Below, piece by piece: positions 22,958-34,866 of a stretch of 64,000 nucleotides of DNA. Under the pieces are notes generated by a model. The model saw only the letters and a list, made by a program, of their open reading frames with translations. It was not told where the DNA came from and did no database searches. Location of the stretch: assembly GCA_000146045.2 (NCBI GenBank), contig BK006944.2, positions 160,001 to 224,000 on the forward strand, given 5' to 3'. The stretch comes from TPA_inf: Saccharomyces (lineage: Eukaryota). Position 1 is the stretch's first letter; each line of letters begins with the position of its first letter. A program made the position numbers and the translations under genes.

Positions 22958-24544
22958 ATGTCCTACAATAATGGCAATACTTATTCAAAGAGTTATAGCA
23001 GAAATAATAAGAGACCCTTGTTCGGAAAGAGGTCGCCAAATCCTCAGTCCCTAGCGAGACCACCGCCACCAAAGAGAATACGGACTGATAGTGGTTACCA
23101 GTCGAATATGGACAATATATCTTCTCATAGGGTAAATTCAAATGACCAACCAGGCCACACGAAAAGTCGTGGTAACAATAATTTATCTCGCTATAACGAT
23201 ACATCCTTTCAAACAAGTTCCAGATATCAAGGTTCAAGATACAACAATAATAATACGTCGTATGAAAATAGGCCTAAAAGCATAAAAAGGGATGAAACAA
23301 AGGCTGAATTCCTGTCTCATTTGCCAAAGGGGCCCAAATCTGTTGAGAAATCAAGATATAATAATTCATCCAATACTAGTAATGATATAAAAAATGGCTA
23401 TCATGCTTCAAAATACTATAACCACAAAGGCCAGGAAGGGCGGTCTGTCATAGCTAAGAAAGTTCCAGTTTCGGTTCTAACGCAGCAAAGGAGCACGTCA
23501 GTTTACCTAAGGATAATGCAAGTCGGAGAAGGAACATATGGTAAAGTTTACAAGGCAAAAAACACGAATACAGAGAAGTTAGTAGCGCTGAAAAAATTGA
23601 GATTACAAGGAGAGAGGGAAGGCTTTCCCATAACCTCTATACGAGAGATTAAACTACTACAAAGTTTTGATCATCCAAATGTCTCTACTATAAAAGAAAT
23701 AATGGTCGAATCTCAAAAAACTGTATATATGATATTTGAATATGCTGACAACGACTTAAGTGGATTACTATTAAATAAGGAAGTCCAAATTTCTCACTCA
23801 CAATGCAAACATCTCTTCAAACAATTGCTATTAGGAATGGAATATTTACATGATAATAAGATTTTACACCGTGATGTTAAAGGCTCAAACATCTTAATCG
23901 ATAACCAGGGGAATCTAAAAATAACAGATTTTGGACTAGCGAGGAAAATGAATTCGCGAGCTGATTACACTAACCGTGTCATTACGTTGTGGTACAGACC
24001 ACCAGAACTATTGTTGGGAACTACAAATTATGGAACAGAAGTTGACATGTGGGGTTGTGGCTGCCTCCTGGTGGAATTATTCAATAAAACTGCAATTTTC
24101 CAGGGCTCTAATGAATTAGAGCAAATAGAATCAATTTTCAAGATTATGGGAACTCCTACAATAAATAGCTGGCCAACGCTTTACGATATGCCGTGGTTTT
24201 TTATGATTATGCCACAGCAAACTACCAAGTATGTCAACAATTTTTCTGAGAAATTTAAAAGCGTTTTACCATCTTCAAAATGTCTGCAATTGGCGATTAA
24301 TTTGTTATGTTATGATCAGACGAAAAGGTTTAGTGCAACCGAAGCTTTACAAAGCGACTATTTCAAGGAAGAACCAAAGCCTGAACCTTTAGTTCTTGAT
24401 GGATTGGTAAGTTGCCACGAATATGAAGTCAAATTGGCAAGAAAACAAAAGCGTCCTAACATACTATCCACCAACACAAACAATAAGGGTAATGGTAATA
24501 GTAATAATAATAATAATAATAATAATGACGATGATGATAAATAA
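22958..24544 (+). CDS. CTK1: CTDK-I catalytic subunit (cyclin-dependent-like Ser/Thr kinase)
   Basis: 528 aa from the ATG at 22958 (MSYNNGNTYSK...). Kinase motifs GEGTYGKVYKA, HRDVKGSN, DFGLAR. C-terminal poly-Asn / poly-Asp tail. The listed ORF start at 22805 is a GTG. Confidence 0.93.
   Translation: MSYNNGNTYSKSYSRNNKRPLFGKRSPNPQSLARPPPPKRIRTDSGYQSNMDNISSHRVNSNDQPGHTKSRGNNNLSRYNDTSFQTSSRYQGSRYNNNNTSYENRPKSIKRDETKAEFLSHLPKGPKSVEKSRYNNSSNTSNDIKNGYHASKYYNHKGQEGRSVIAKKVPVSVLTQQRSTSVYLRIMQVGEGTYGKVYKAKNTNTEKLVALKKLRLQGEREGFPITSIREIKLLQSFDHPNVSTIKEIMVESQKTVYMIFEYADNDLSGLLLNKEVQISHSQCKHLFKQLLLGMEYLHDNKILHRDVKGSNILIDNQGNLKITDFGLARKMNSRADYTNRVITLWYRPPELLLGTTNYGTEVDMWGCGCLLVELFNKTAIFQGSNELEQIESIFKIMGTPTINSWPTLYDMPWFFMIMPQQTTKYVNNFSEKFKSVLPSSKCLQLAINLLCYDQTKRFSATEALQSDYFKEEPKPEPLVLDGLVSCHEYEVKLARKQKRPNILSTNTNNKGNGNSNNNNNNNNDDDDK
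24502..24526. repeat. (AAT)8 trinucleotide repeat encoding poly-Asn at the CTK1 C-terminus, followed by (GAT/GAC)4
   Basis: taataataataataataataataat followed by gacgatgatgat. Confidence 0.9.
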
Positions 24545-24802
24545 GGATATATAGCCAATTGAAATAAGTAGACACAAAAAATAGATTAATAACTTATTTA
24601 TTACGCGATACCCGTAAATATGATACGAACATCTAATTTCATGTGAAGCGGCCTAGTGAATAGAAGGTTTGCCTATTTTCACTCGTTCACTATACGTAAC
24701 TTGGTTGTCTTTTTATGCAAGCTGTTTGTCCATCGTACCAACACCATCTCATTTCACATCTTATAAATTAGCCTGGCCACTAACTGTCTTACCTCTTATG
24801 CC

Positions 24803-25012
24803 TTATTGCGTTTTTCCAAGCATCTGCTCCATATAATAAATGTAACTACCTATCAACCAACTTCCATGTACCTTACCCAATTGGCCTACCAAGTTTTCGT
24901 TACATTGTTTCGACATGATATCTAGTTGTTTTGTCGTTTCCTGTAAATTCGTTTGAAGCTCTCTAAGTTCGTGTGCAAGCTGATTATACTGCCTTTGTTT
25001 GTTAGCGTTCAT
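24803..25012 (-). CDS. HSK3: DASH/Dam1 kinetochore complex subunit (69 aa)
   Basis: ATG at 25010-25012 gives MNANKQRQYNQLAHELRELQTNLQETTKQLDIMSKQCNENLVGQLGKVHGSWLIGSYIYYMEQMLGKTQ. Matches Hsk3 (YKL138C-A). The listed ORF start at 25057 is a TTG. Confidence 0.85.
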   Translation of the reverse strand: MNANKQRQYNQLAHELRELQTNLQETTKQLDIMSKQCNENLVGQLGKVHGSWLIGSYIYYMEQMLGKTQ

Positions 25013-25285
25013 TCTCTTGCCTGAAATTCTTTGTGTCCTCTTCGTTTTGAAGTTCAAATGTTCTGATATGTTCTATTTCGCCATTTATCTTGTTGATCTT
25101 TCTTCCCACCTTTACAAAAAAATAACGTTGATTTCAATGGGCATGATATAATATGAGCAATACAAAACATCAAAGCCTTCTTAGGAGTGTTACTTTCAAA
25201 CATGGATCTATAAACAAGTTATTCAATGATTAAACTATATACAGATGAAATTTTTATATCAATAAAACGATCTTTTACGTATCAT

Positions 25286-25822
<537 letters not shown>

Positions 25823-25956
25823 TTATAAAGTTGAAAACGGAGTGCCCTGTATTTATACCTATGATAGTTTAGGAAGATTTAACCATAATTAAAGCCAGAG
25901 ATACAAAAGTCGAATATCTTCAAGTTATCTGGAACAACTTTCATATATTTGATAAG

Positions 25957-26292
25957 ATGGAGCAAAACAAAGATCCGCAGATGATCTCGAAACATAGTTC
26001 TAGGCTACCTATATGGGTGCTAAGTCCTCGCGAAGAACAACAGGCTCGCAAGAACTTGAAGACGGAAACATACAAAAAATGTGCAAATTTTGTTCAAGCA
26101 ATGGCAGATTGTGCTAAGGCAAATGGAATGAAAGTTTTTCCCACTTGTGATAAGCAACGAGATGAAATGAAATCGTGCCTCCTGTTTTATCAAACAGATG
26201 AGAAATATTTAGATGGTGAAAGGGATAAAATTGTTTTAGAAAAAATCAACAAGCTTGAAAAGTTATGTCAAAAACAAAGCTCTACAAAATAA
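25957..26292 (+). CDS. CMC1: Mitochondrial IMS twin-Cx9C copper-binding COX assembly protein
   Basis: 111 aa with twin CX9C motifs (CANFVQAMADC ... CDKQRDEMKSC). Matches YKL137W. Confidence 0.9.
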   Translation: MEQNKDPQMISKHSSRLPIWVLSPREEQQARKNLKTETYKKCANFVQAMADCAKANGMKVFPTCDKQRDEMKSCLLFYQTDEKYLDGERDKIVLEKINKLEKLCQKQSSTK

Positions 26293-26415
26293 GCTGTGTT
26301 GATTGATGTTTTTGATTTACATCTTTTAAGGATTTTTTGATATATCCATTCTTGTACATAAATTATATACACACAGCCCAACAATAAAAAGGAAAAATTA
26401 ATACGAAGGGTATAT

Positions 26416-26814
26416 ATGTATGGTATAATACTTAAGTTCACTACAACGGACGTTTATAGTCAGAATAAATCGAGGAGATCCTGTGACACTATATTGCCGC
26501 CCGAAACATCGGGATTGTTTTTACCACCAGAAGATATACCGTTTGAGTCGCCACCTAGTTTCAGCTCCTTCAACCCTTGTACAGCCTTGGTATCATTTGT
26601 ATTTATTTGTGTGGCATCCTCAGATGGTCCGAAATCAAATAAATCATCCAAATCGCCTAAAGTTGTTAAAGTATTCAGCATTCCTGCATTTGTATTTGTT
26701 ACATCATCTCTTTCATCAAAATCCAATAGCACATCATCGTTAGCCTTGCTAGAAATTTCATTTTTTGCCATGCTTTCTAATTCCTCTATATGTTTTCCTT
26801 TAACTATATTTTGA
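26416..26814 (+). other. Dubious ORF antisense to the APL2 3' end (YKL136W-like)
   Basis: Lies completely inside the APL2 CDS on the opposite strand. S-rich, low-complexity translation. Confidence 0.1.
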
Positions 26815-28640
26815 ACATACTTTTTGCCTTTTCTCCTATTTGAGTCGGGCTTGAAATAAATGGAACTTATAGTACCCAATTCCATTAATAGTTTCTCTAG
26901 CACTTCTGGTGAAAACTTCTCCAGTGTATTGGAGATCATTGGAAGTTTATTTTGACATAGATCATTAACCAAACTTTCATTATTTGGCATCGAAAGGCAT
27001 CTCCAATACATCATAGCCATATCTCGCACATCTAATTCATGTGTCTGTTGTGTGGCCAATTCTAGGACGCTTTGTAGCATACTACCCGTTAAAGTAGCAT
27101 GTAGTCTGACTATTGTCATTAGTAAAGACATCTGTGTTAAAGCTTCCTCTTGAACAAAGTTCTCTATAAAAATATTGATTTTTGACTCCAAATCTGAGAA
27201 ATTGTTGGGATGCTGTCCTAGCAACCAGACATAGTTGCACTTCGCAATATCTGATTGTAATAACACCTCTGGATTTGACCAAGTATTAAATACTGCACAA
27301 ACTTGTTTGGCCATCTTATCGTTTCCGGGGCAATGTCTTAATAAATCACATAATGATATACAGCAGTCGTCTTTTATTGTGTCTTGTCTTTCTAACAATT
27401 CTAGGAGAATATCCAAGACTTTACTGACGAATGATTCTTGTGCATATTTAATACCCAACTGGGACAAAGCTTGAATAGCTCTTGAAACAAACTCAGGTTC
27501 ATATTCCATTGCGTATTCCTTTAATTCTGTCAACAACAAAGTACATTGTTTCAAGTTGGAAGGATCGACTAGTCTTACAAGGATATCGATCTTCTCTAAC
27601 TTGACGTAAAGAGGATCGTTGAACTTGACATAAAATATTCTCAATTCTTTGGTTAACAGCTCTGGATATTTCTCCAATATGATCCTAATATTTTTCAAAG
27701 CAACATATTGCATTTCAGGCGGCGTAGACATCAGTGATACAAAAGCAGATGATAATCTTTTCATTATCAGACTGTTCGAGGAATATTCAATTTGAGGCAA
27801 GTTCCTTACGATTACCTTTATTGTAGCTAAAACAACGGCTGGATTAACGTGTTGTAAATGCGCAGTTACTCGATCAATGATATCTTGTGCCTCTAAAGAA
27901 TCTTTTGCCGAATATTCCGAAAGAGTTCCTAGTATGATAATTCTAGCCCATTCCGTACATTCGTTCAAAGCTAATAAGAATTGTGAAACGTGGGACTGGA
28001 TCAAACTTGAAAGATCAACGGCATCCATATCCATATTGTGAATTTCAATTAATGCTGCTGTTGCGTTTGCAATGACTAAAGGATTTGAGTCATCTAGGGC
28101 ATTGACCAAATCTTCGACGACACCCAACTCAACGCATAAATCCTTGTTTAATTGGAAAAGTTTTGCGACACATATCACTGCGGTTTTTCTAACATATGCA
28201 TTATCATCATGCAAGGTACGGCGGAGTGGTGTTTCAATGTATTCCAGGATTTTGTCAACTCTTATCATTGACATCGTTCTGATTGCCATGCAGCGAATTA
28301 AGGGATTTGGATCTTGTGCATCAGTAATGAATGTGTTAACGGCAAGAATACATAATTCGGGATGCGTCTCAGCATAATTCATCACATAAAGATAAACCAG
28401 TTTTTTTTGTTCAACGTCAATTGTGGCAATGTTTTTCAAGACGTCTGGGAACAGCGAAGAGACATCTTTTCCCAACGTCATTTGCTGGATCGTTTTCTTT
28501 ATTGCATCTTTCCGAGTCTGTGGGTATTGAGATACTAATCCAGTTCTTAATTCACTTAGTTCACCCTTACCGGATATTTTTGGCGCAATTCTAATGGAGT
28601 CTTTTAGAAACTTCTTGATTCTTTTATCCAATGGTGGCAT
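26460..28640 (-). CDS. APL2: AP-1 clathrin adaptor complex beta-adaptin large subunit
   Basis: 726 aa with an adaptin N-terminal HEAT/ARM region. MPPLDKRIKKFLKDSIRIAPKISGKGELSELRTGL... Matches YKL135C. Confidence 0.95.
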   Translation of the reverse strand: MPPLDKRIKKFLKDSIRIAPKISGKGELSELRTGLVSQYPQTRKDAIKKTIQQMTLGKDVSSLFPDVLKNIATIDVEQKKLVYLYVMNYAETHPELCILAVNTFITDAQDPNPLIRCMAIRTMSMIRVDKILEYIETPLRRTLHDDNAYVRKTAVICVAKLFQLNKDLCVELGVVEDLVNALDDSNPLVIANATAALIEIHNMDMDAVDLSSLIQSHVSQFLLALNECTEWARIIILGTLSEYSAKDSLEAQDIIDRVTAHLQHVNPAVVLATIKVIVRNLPQIEYSSNSLIMKRLSSAFVSLMSTPPEMQYVALKNIRIILEKYPELLTKELRIFYVKFNDPLYVKLEKIDILVRLVDPSNLKQCTLLLTELKEYAMEYEPEFVSRAIQALSQLGIKYAQESFVSKVLDILLELLERQDTIKDDCCISLCDLLRHCPGNDKMAKQVCAVFNTWSNPEVLLQSDIAKCNYVWLLGQHPNNFSDLESKINIFIENFVQEEALTQMSLLMTIVRLHATLTGSMLQSVLELATQQTHELDVRDMAMMYWRCLSMPNNESLVNDLCQNKLPMISNTLEKFSPEVLEKLLMELGTISSIYFKPDSNRRKGKKYVQNIVKGKHIEELESMAKNEISSKANDDVLLDFDERDDVTNTNAGMLNTLTTLGDLDDLFDFGPSEDATQINTNDTKAVQGLKELKLGGDSNGISSGGKNNPDVSGGNIVSQDLLDLF

Positions 28641-29123
28641 AGTTGAAACTGTTTTTTAAGTGCAGTGGGAAGCTGAGCAAAAAAAAAAACTAAGCTGCAG
28701 GAAGTGAGTTCGTACCCAGATAATTGGTGTATTATGACAATAAAGCTACAACAGATAACGCTTAGTCATTGGGAAAGTGTTCTTTATATCGTAGGCTTTC
28801 TTCACTGAAAAGAGCTCTTTCTGATATTACTACAAGATTTGAAACTCATAATATCATTCTGTACGCGAAAACAGTAGATGTGACAATAAGACATGAAGTA
28901 TATAAAAGAATAACAATAATTATGCTCTGTTTGTAAAGCGTTAATTAACATATGCATGTTCGTTTTTCAGGCAATATGATCGATGGTTTTCAGACCCTTT
29001 TAAATAATGGGTCTTAGTATTTATAAGATTATGCAATTTTTTTTTCTTGGTGAAAAGAATTCTTCAGCTATGAATAAACGTCGTTGGCAAATAATGGCCT
29101 CGATTAAGCACCTACTCTGTTCT

Positions 29124-31442
29124 CTAAGACTTGTGAGACTGTGCTATAAATTCCATCGCATCGCTACCGCCTTTCTCTAGCATGGGGCATTCTAAAACAT
29201 CAGCGATACATTTCCAAGGGTCTTTTAGCCCTCCCCATTTTAGTAAATGCTTTTTAAATTTATCACCATTTTTTCGACTGTACGGATCATCCTCGAAAAG
29301 GGCGTACCAGATTTTAGAAGCTATCGTCCTATCAAATAAGTAGCTGTAATAAGTTGCCCCGTATCCAAATAAATGGCCGAATCTTCCACACCAATTACTC
29401 TGATCGTCCACTAGGACCTTTAAACGTCGTTCTAGTGCTTGATAGTTTTCCACAACGTCAAAGTTATCAATATCAGAAATGATTTTTTCATCATGAAATG
29501 ATTGATCCAGCATAGCCATCTTTGCTTGAGAGTATGTTTCACAATTTTGAAGGAAGTTAGTGCTTTTCATGAAGCGCTGTAACATATCAGCCTGAATTGT
29601 TTCTCCAGTCCCGTAATGTTTGCCAATCTTTGTCAGAATTCGTATATCCTTAGCGAAGTGCTCCATCAGGATACTTGGTAACTCTACAAAATCAGTAGCA
29701 CATCTTGTACCACTTATGTTTTGCATATGAGTTCTCCCTAACATTGAGTGCATTGCATGTCCCATTTCATGGAAGAGCGTTTCAACTTCACTAAGCTGCA
29801 AAAAACAAAGACTTTTTTTAGAAGCGATTAGTATTGGAGAAAAATTACACACCAAAGAAATAACAGGTAATTGAAAGTAGGTACCGTCTGGATTCTCACC
29901 GACTTGGATGGTTGAGAAATCAGTTTCACTGGGATATATTTGCCTAGAGCAACAAACTGTGAAATGAGCCGGATTTGAAGTCTTGCCATTTCGTTCGAAT
30001 AAATCACAATAAATTATGCCGATGATTCCTTCCTCTTCAGATATCACATTCAATCTTCTCACGTCTGGGGACCATGTTTCTCCCTCATCAGTAATTGCTG
30101 GCTCTAATCTAATACCATATATTTGCTGAAACAAATCTGACAAGCCCTGAATGACATTTCCTAATGTAAAATAATAGCTTATTTCTTTGGCATTGGGAGA
30201 GTTTGACGGGTTGAGCTGGAAATATTTGCCAGTATAGTAATCCCTATCCCATGGTCTCACGAGCTTCAATATTTCGTCCGTGTTTGTAGTCAACGGCTTC
30301 TTAAGATCTTTGGCCTTGAGTTCAGCTATAAATTTCAATTCATTTGCTGTCTTCTCTATAGTATTGTTCATTAACGTCAAAATAAAATCTTGAACATCTT
30401 TCGGATTCTTTGCCATTTTACCTTCCAATTGATACTCTGCGTAACTTGTTTTGTGCATTAAATTAGCCAAGATTGCCCTTAGTTTGATTAAGTGACTCAA
30501 TCTTTTAACCTGTTTGTCAGAACAACTGTGAAGAGCGGTCCACAACTTTTTTCTTACCATCTCATTTTCACAACTTTTTAATAATGCATAAGCTGCATAC
30601 CCAAATGTAGGTACTTTATAATTTTGCCCTTTTACATCTTTATTTAATTGCTTCAATAGAAATGTACTCACTTTACTATTATCCAGATCTTTACATGGTA
30701 TCTTCACAGAATTTGAACCAGGATAGTCTGTATGGTTGATGAATTCTTGACCTACTAAACTGATTTCCTGAGATAACTGGATAAACTTTTCTCTAACATC
30801 TGGATTCATATAGATTCCTGACTTTTCAAAATCATCCAATAATATTTTACCAACTTTAAGTTCTTCTGCGCTTAACTTCGAAGACACTTCTGGATTGTTT
30901 AAAACCGACTTTAGTATGTTACATAAGGAAACATCAGTGTTCAAGACATTCATGAATTCAAACATTTGTTCATGGCAATCTTGTGCTGCCCTAACAAATG
31001 CATCATCTGGATGTGTTGACCTAATAAACTCGCACAAATCAATAACTCGACATAGCGTATCGCTTAATCTGTCCAGGTTCATAATATAGGTTAATTTACC
31101 ACTCTCGCTAAAATCATTCCTCATTTTGTCGAGAAGTTCTTGTGCTTGCTGCAAAGAAACCTGGCTAAACTTACGCAAACCATCTGGAGAAGTCAAATAA
31201 GGGTTCTTGAAAAGTCCGGTTTTATTTTTTTTAAAAAGATATTGTGAGATCTTGCTATTATTAGCATCCTGACCATTAATATTTCTCCAATATGAATTGT
31301 CGTCGAAAATCTTCTTAATGCTTCCTGGACTGGTCCTAGAGACTGCGCCGGCTGTGGCGAAGAACCTGAGTAACTTATTTTGGCGGGAAGGTGACGGTAT
31401 GGAGGCATTGGACCCGGCTTTCAATATTATCGTGCGAAGCAT
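29124..31442 (-). CDS. OCT1: Mitochondrial intermediate peptidase (M3 thimet-type zinc metalloprotease)
   Basis: 772 aa from the ATG at 31440-31442 (MLRTIILKAG...). Zinc-binding motif FHEMGHAMHS. Matches YKL134C. The listed ORF start at 31469 is a GTG. Confidence 0.93.
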   Translation of the reverse strand: MLRTIILKAGSNASIPSPSRQNKLLRFFATAGAVSRTSPGSIKKIFDDNSYWRNINGQDANNSKISQYLFKKNKTGLFKNPYLTSPDGLRKFSQVSLQQAQELLDKMRNDFSESGKLTYIMNLDRLSDTLCRVIDLCEFIRSTHPDDAFVRAAQDCHEQMFEFMNVLNTDVSLCNILKSVLNNPEVSSKLSAEELKVGKILLDDFEKSGIYMNPDVREKFIQLSQEISLVGQEFINHTDYPGSNSVKIPCKDLDNSKVSTFLLKQLNKDVKGQNYKVPTFGYAAYALLKSCENEMVRKKLWTALHSCSDKQVKRLSHLIKLRAILANLMHKTSYAEYQLEGKMAKNPKDVQDFILTLMNNTIEKTANELKFIAELKAKDLKKPLTTNTDEILKLVRPWDRDYYTGKYFQLNPSNSPNAKEISYYFTLGNVIQGLSDLFQQIYGIRLEPAITDEGETWSPDVRRLNVISEEEGIIGIIYCDLFERNGKTSNPAHFTVCCSRQIYPSETDFSTIQVGENPDGTYFQLPVISLVCNFSPILIASKKSLCFLQLSEVETLFHEMGHAMHSMLGRTHMQNISGTRCATDFVELPSILMEHFAKDIRILTKIGKHYGTGETIQADMLQRFMKSTNFLQNCETYSQAKMAMLDQSFHDEKIISDIDNFDVVENYQALERRLKVLVDDQSNWCGRFGHLFGYGATYYSYLFDRTIASKIWYALFEDDPYSRKNGDKFKKHLLKWGGLKDPWKCIADVLECPMLEKGGSDAMEFIAQSHKS

Positions 31443-31678
31443 TACTGATATTACTTTCGGCGCCTTCACTTAATGTTCTGATACCTATTCCCTTACACAT
31501 TTAGTCTTTGCAAGTAAATTCATCATTTGTTTTGATTTTGACGCTATATATGTATTTTTCTCACTTTTGTTCATGAGGCGGTGACGTAAAATTCGCCATA
31601 TCCAATGAGGAATCGACATCTTTCGGCATTTCAACATATTGATGAAAATTTAGAAGAATATATATACAAATGTAAGAT

Positions 31679-33070
31679 TTATATAGGCGTACCATCAACC
31701 TTTTTAAGTTCACGTTGAGCTTCCTCAATGAGTTCATTAAATCTAATCATCTCTGAAATACGAATAGCCTTTTTAAGTTCCTTCTTAGATGCCCTCAAGC
31801 GTCCCTTATGCAAATTTATCACACCAATACCGTAGTGAGCAAGGGATAATGCCTTAAGTATTCTCTGATCCATTTCGCTTTCCATTGCAACTTTTGGATA
31901 TTGATTTTCATTGGCAAAGCTGATAATACTTTTATAGCAGTCAGCCGAGTACTGTAAGCAGGAATTCTGGTTTTCTTGTAACCTGGACCGAATAAGTTCT
32001 AAAGGTTCTGATTTTTTGTACGGTTCATTATCAATAGCGTATAGACTTCCTTCGAACTTCTCTGAATTTAGATAAAAAATCGACCCGAGCTCTGCCTGGG
32101 CAAGCAAGATGTCGTCCAGAGGACTATCCGCTAGTAACATCCATTCTAGTGTTGTTATTTTGCTATTCAAGGCCCCAGAAAGATTACTCCGATTGAGACA
32201 GTAACGAGTATATAAATCTCTTGCAGTCAGAAGTTCTTTCATGAAAACGCATTGTTCGCTTTCAGGTTCCTTTATCTTCAACTCCTGTTTTCTTTTAGAG
32301 TTTAAATGCATTTGGTAGTCAGGTTTGGATTTACCAATAAATGGTAGACCCTTGAAATTCTTCCAGTCAAGCTGTTGGTTGTTTAAAAGTTCTGATTTGG
32401 AAAGAACATTTTTGAACTCCGGTGAGTTCTCCAAAAATTCTCGTTGAGCTAATAAAAGGTGCATTATCAATAACGTTGCATTAGTTTCAGAGTCTTTATT
32501 TATTTCATTGAACCTTACCAAAATTTGAAGGTCTCTTTTCAACAAAAAGAATTTTCTCTTCGTTGACTTATCAGTAGTTTTGCTTAGTTCATTATAGAAC
32601 TTTTTCAGCATGTCTCCATATAAAGCTGTAGCATCATTATACATATGTAATTTCTCATACATTTCTCCGATTTTGATTTCAATACCGGTATATTCATCCG
32701 AAAGTAGATCCACGTTTTCGGCTTTACATTCTTCTAAAGCTTCGAGGTAGTACTCAAGGCTTTTTTGGTAGTTCGCACCTTCTTTCTTAATTTCTGAATG
32801 TAACCCCTTCCTTAATATTTTAGCAACGGGTTTGGGAAAAGTATGATGTGGCCAATAAACCCACCATATGTTAAAAGCGATGAAACTTACGATGCCTGTC
32901 GATAACACCCATTTCTGTAATTTGCTCCTTCTTTTGAATGGTATTCTCCAAAAACTTTGTTCCTTTAATGTAGAATAAAACTTGAAACGGTGATTGGTAA
33001 ATAAGTTGAGGTTAGTGAGCCGTTCTACGGTCCCTTCATTTTTGACTGATCTATGAAGGTATTTCCACAT
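31679..33070 (-). CDS. Uncharacterised protein, paralog of mitochondrial i-AAA adaptor Mgr3 (TPR-like)
   Basis: 463 aa with one N-terminal TM segment (VLSTGIVSFIAFNIWWVYW). Matches YKL133C. Confidence 0.85.
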   Translation of the reverse strand: MWKYLHRSVKNEGTVERLTNLNLFTNHRFKFYSTLKEQSFWRIPFKRRSKLQKWVLSTGIVSFIAFNIWWVYWPHHTFPKPVAKILRKGLHSEIKKEGANYQKSLEYYLEALEECKAENVDLLSDEYTGIEIKIGEMYEKLHMYNDATALYGDMLKKFYNELSKTTDKSTKRKFFLLKRDLQILVRFNEINKDSETNATLLIMHLLLAQREFLENSPEFKNVLSKSELLNNQQLDWKNFKGLPFIGKSKPDYQMHLNSKRKQELKIKEPESEQCVFMKELLTARDLYTRYCLNRSNLSGALNSKITTLEWMLLADSPLDDILLAQAELGSIFYLNSEKFEGSLYAIDNEPYKKSEPLELIRSRLQENQNSCLQYSADCYKSIISFANENQYPKVAMESEMDQRILKALSLAHYGIGVINLHKGRLRASKKELKKAIRISEMIRFNELIEEAQRELKKVDGTPI

Positions 33071-33573
33071 ACTAAATGAGCATAAATTTCTTCATTACAA
33101 TATCTTTATAATGCTGTTTTTACGTTCTCACTTTGTGCCCTTTTATATATCCTAAAGGATTTAGTTCAATTTTAGAAATTTTCGTGCGGCTGAGTATCCG
33201 CAAATCGTTCTTTGTTTGGTATGTATTACTAGTCAAGGATTATTTAATGGTATTTGTTACGAGAACCAAATTACACACAAATCTCCTCAATCGTTTTCTC
33301 ATCAAGATAAATATGAGAGAATCAATTTATAAGGTAATTGTTTTATCTATATCAGGTACAAAGTATCAAAATGTGGTCGGAAAAACTTTATAAGTAATGA
33401 ATCACTAATAACTCTTGAAAAGCTGGAATGTAATGCCATAGTTTAAAGTAAAAGTAAAGTTACATGCCGTTATAAAAGAAGGAAAATATGATATATCCCC
33501 GGATGCCCTTGGCAGACTGGTCCTCTATCAATATCGGTAATTGCATTGTAGGATATGATCATATATCTAAAAA

Positions 33574-34866
33574 CTATACTGGCAAGTGACAGTTGTGTAA
33601 GCGCAATAGCTCTTTGCAGATATACAGTGATCCACATACGATAACAGGAACAATCGTCTTTAACCCACTTGTTTCAAGGAAGGTCCAGACACTTTGAAGA
33701 TCCGGCTGCATGTTAACATTTCTCGTATACCGGTTTTTGATAAATGCGAGAAGATTCACCGGTTCTAGGGATTGGATCCACGGCATTCCAACCACTGACC
33801 CAAATCTAGTCACAATAACATAATCTTGTGGACGTATTAGCGGATCAAGTAAGGGAGACACCTTTTTCCCAGTTGTTATAGCAATGACAAATGTTAATGG
33901 CGTATCACCGTACGTGGTCCTTAAATGGCAGGCTAAATTTCGAGCTGCCTTCGCATTATTTGCGTTGTCTAATAGTAATGCGATTTTCTTTCCACTAGTA
34001 GATTCATAACAGTAATCCAAGCGATGTAAACTTCTTGGCCAATCCACAGATATTAAACCTTGGGATAGTTGATCCTTTGAAATACAAACCTTTTTTTCCT
34101 TGCTCAAAAAGTCTAAAACCGCTATCGCAACTCTCAAATTAAATATTTGATATTCTTCTTCACTGTATGGCAGGCGAACTTCAAGAGTGCCCCATGTGTC
34201 TGTGTGTACATTGTAATCCCTAAGAGAAGGGTCGGTGATTTCTAATGGACATCCAACATCATGGCACCGTTTCGTTATCGTATTTCGTACAAATTCGTCA
34301 TTAGAACCGTCTAATAGAAAAATTGCTTTATTTGTGGAACTTTCAGTAATTTGAGACAAAAACTTGCATAAAAAAGCTTCATCGCTAATGCCCACGTTAG
34401 TAATGGCGCAACAGACTCTACTTTGACCAGCAATTATACTTCCAGGGTCCTGTTTTCCAGCTAAACCAGTTTCTATTATGCACCATTGGCAATTTTTCTT
34501 AGCGAAGTATACGAGAGCTACGCTTGTTAGCAGTTCGAGGTTGTTGCACTGTAATTTCAAAGAACTATCTGCTTCTATAAGTTCCTTCTCGATCCTAGAA
34601 TACTCTATCAAGGAAATGGCTTCATTATTAATGCTAATATCCTCTTCTTTGGCGTTTAGCAAGGAAGATGTAGTATACCTACCAATCAAGACCCTTTGCC
34701 GCTGTTGCCCCGGATGCTGCAATATGGATGTCAAAAATTTAGATACTGTCTCCTTACCATTTGTTCCCGCTATATGTAGGATTGACAAACTATCTTGGGG
34801 ATTTCCCACGTGCTCCAACAAACGGTTTATTCGAGGTAAAGTTTGCCTTCCGCTTATATCATCCAT
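33574..34866 (-). CDS. RMA1: Putative dihydrofolate synthetase / folylpolyglutamate synthase-like (Mur ligase family)
   Basis: 430 aa from the ATG at 34864-34866 (MDDISGRQTLPRINRLLEHVGNPQDSLSILHIAGTNGKETVSKF...). A degenerate Mur-ligase P-loop is recognisable. Matches YKL132C. An in-frame TTG lies 10 codons upstream at 34896. Confidence 0.8.
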   Translation of the reverse strand: MDDISGRQTLPRINRLLEHVGNPQDSLSILHIAGTNGKETVSKFLTSILQHPGQQRQRVLIGRYTTSSLLNAKEEDISINNEAISLIEYSRIEKELIEADSSLKLQCNNLELLTSVALVYFAKKNCQWCIIETGLAGKQDPGSIIAGQSRVCCAITNVGISDEAFLCKFLSQITESSTNKAIFLLDGSNDEFVRNTITKRCHDVGCPLEITDPSLRDYNVHTDTWGTLEVRLPYSEEEYQIFNLRVAIAVLDFLSKEKKVCISKDQLSQGLISVDWPRSLHRLDYCYESTSGKKIALLLDNANNAKAARNLACHLRTTYGDTPLTFVIAITTGKKVSPLLDPLIRPQDYVIVTRFGSVVGMPWIQSLEPVNLLAFIKNRYTRNVNMQPDLQSVWTFLETSGLKTIVPVIVCGSLYICKELLRLHNCHLPV

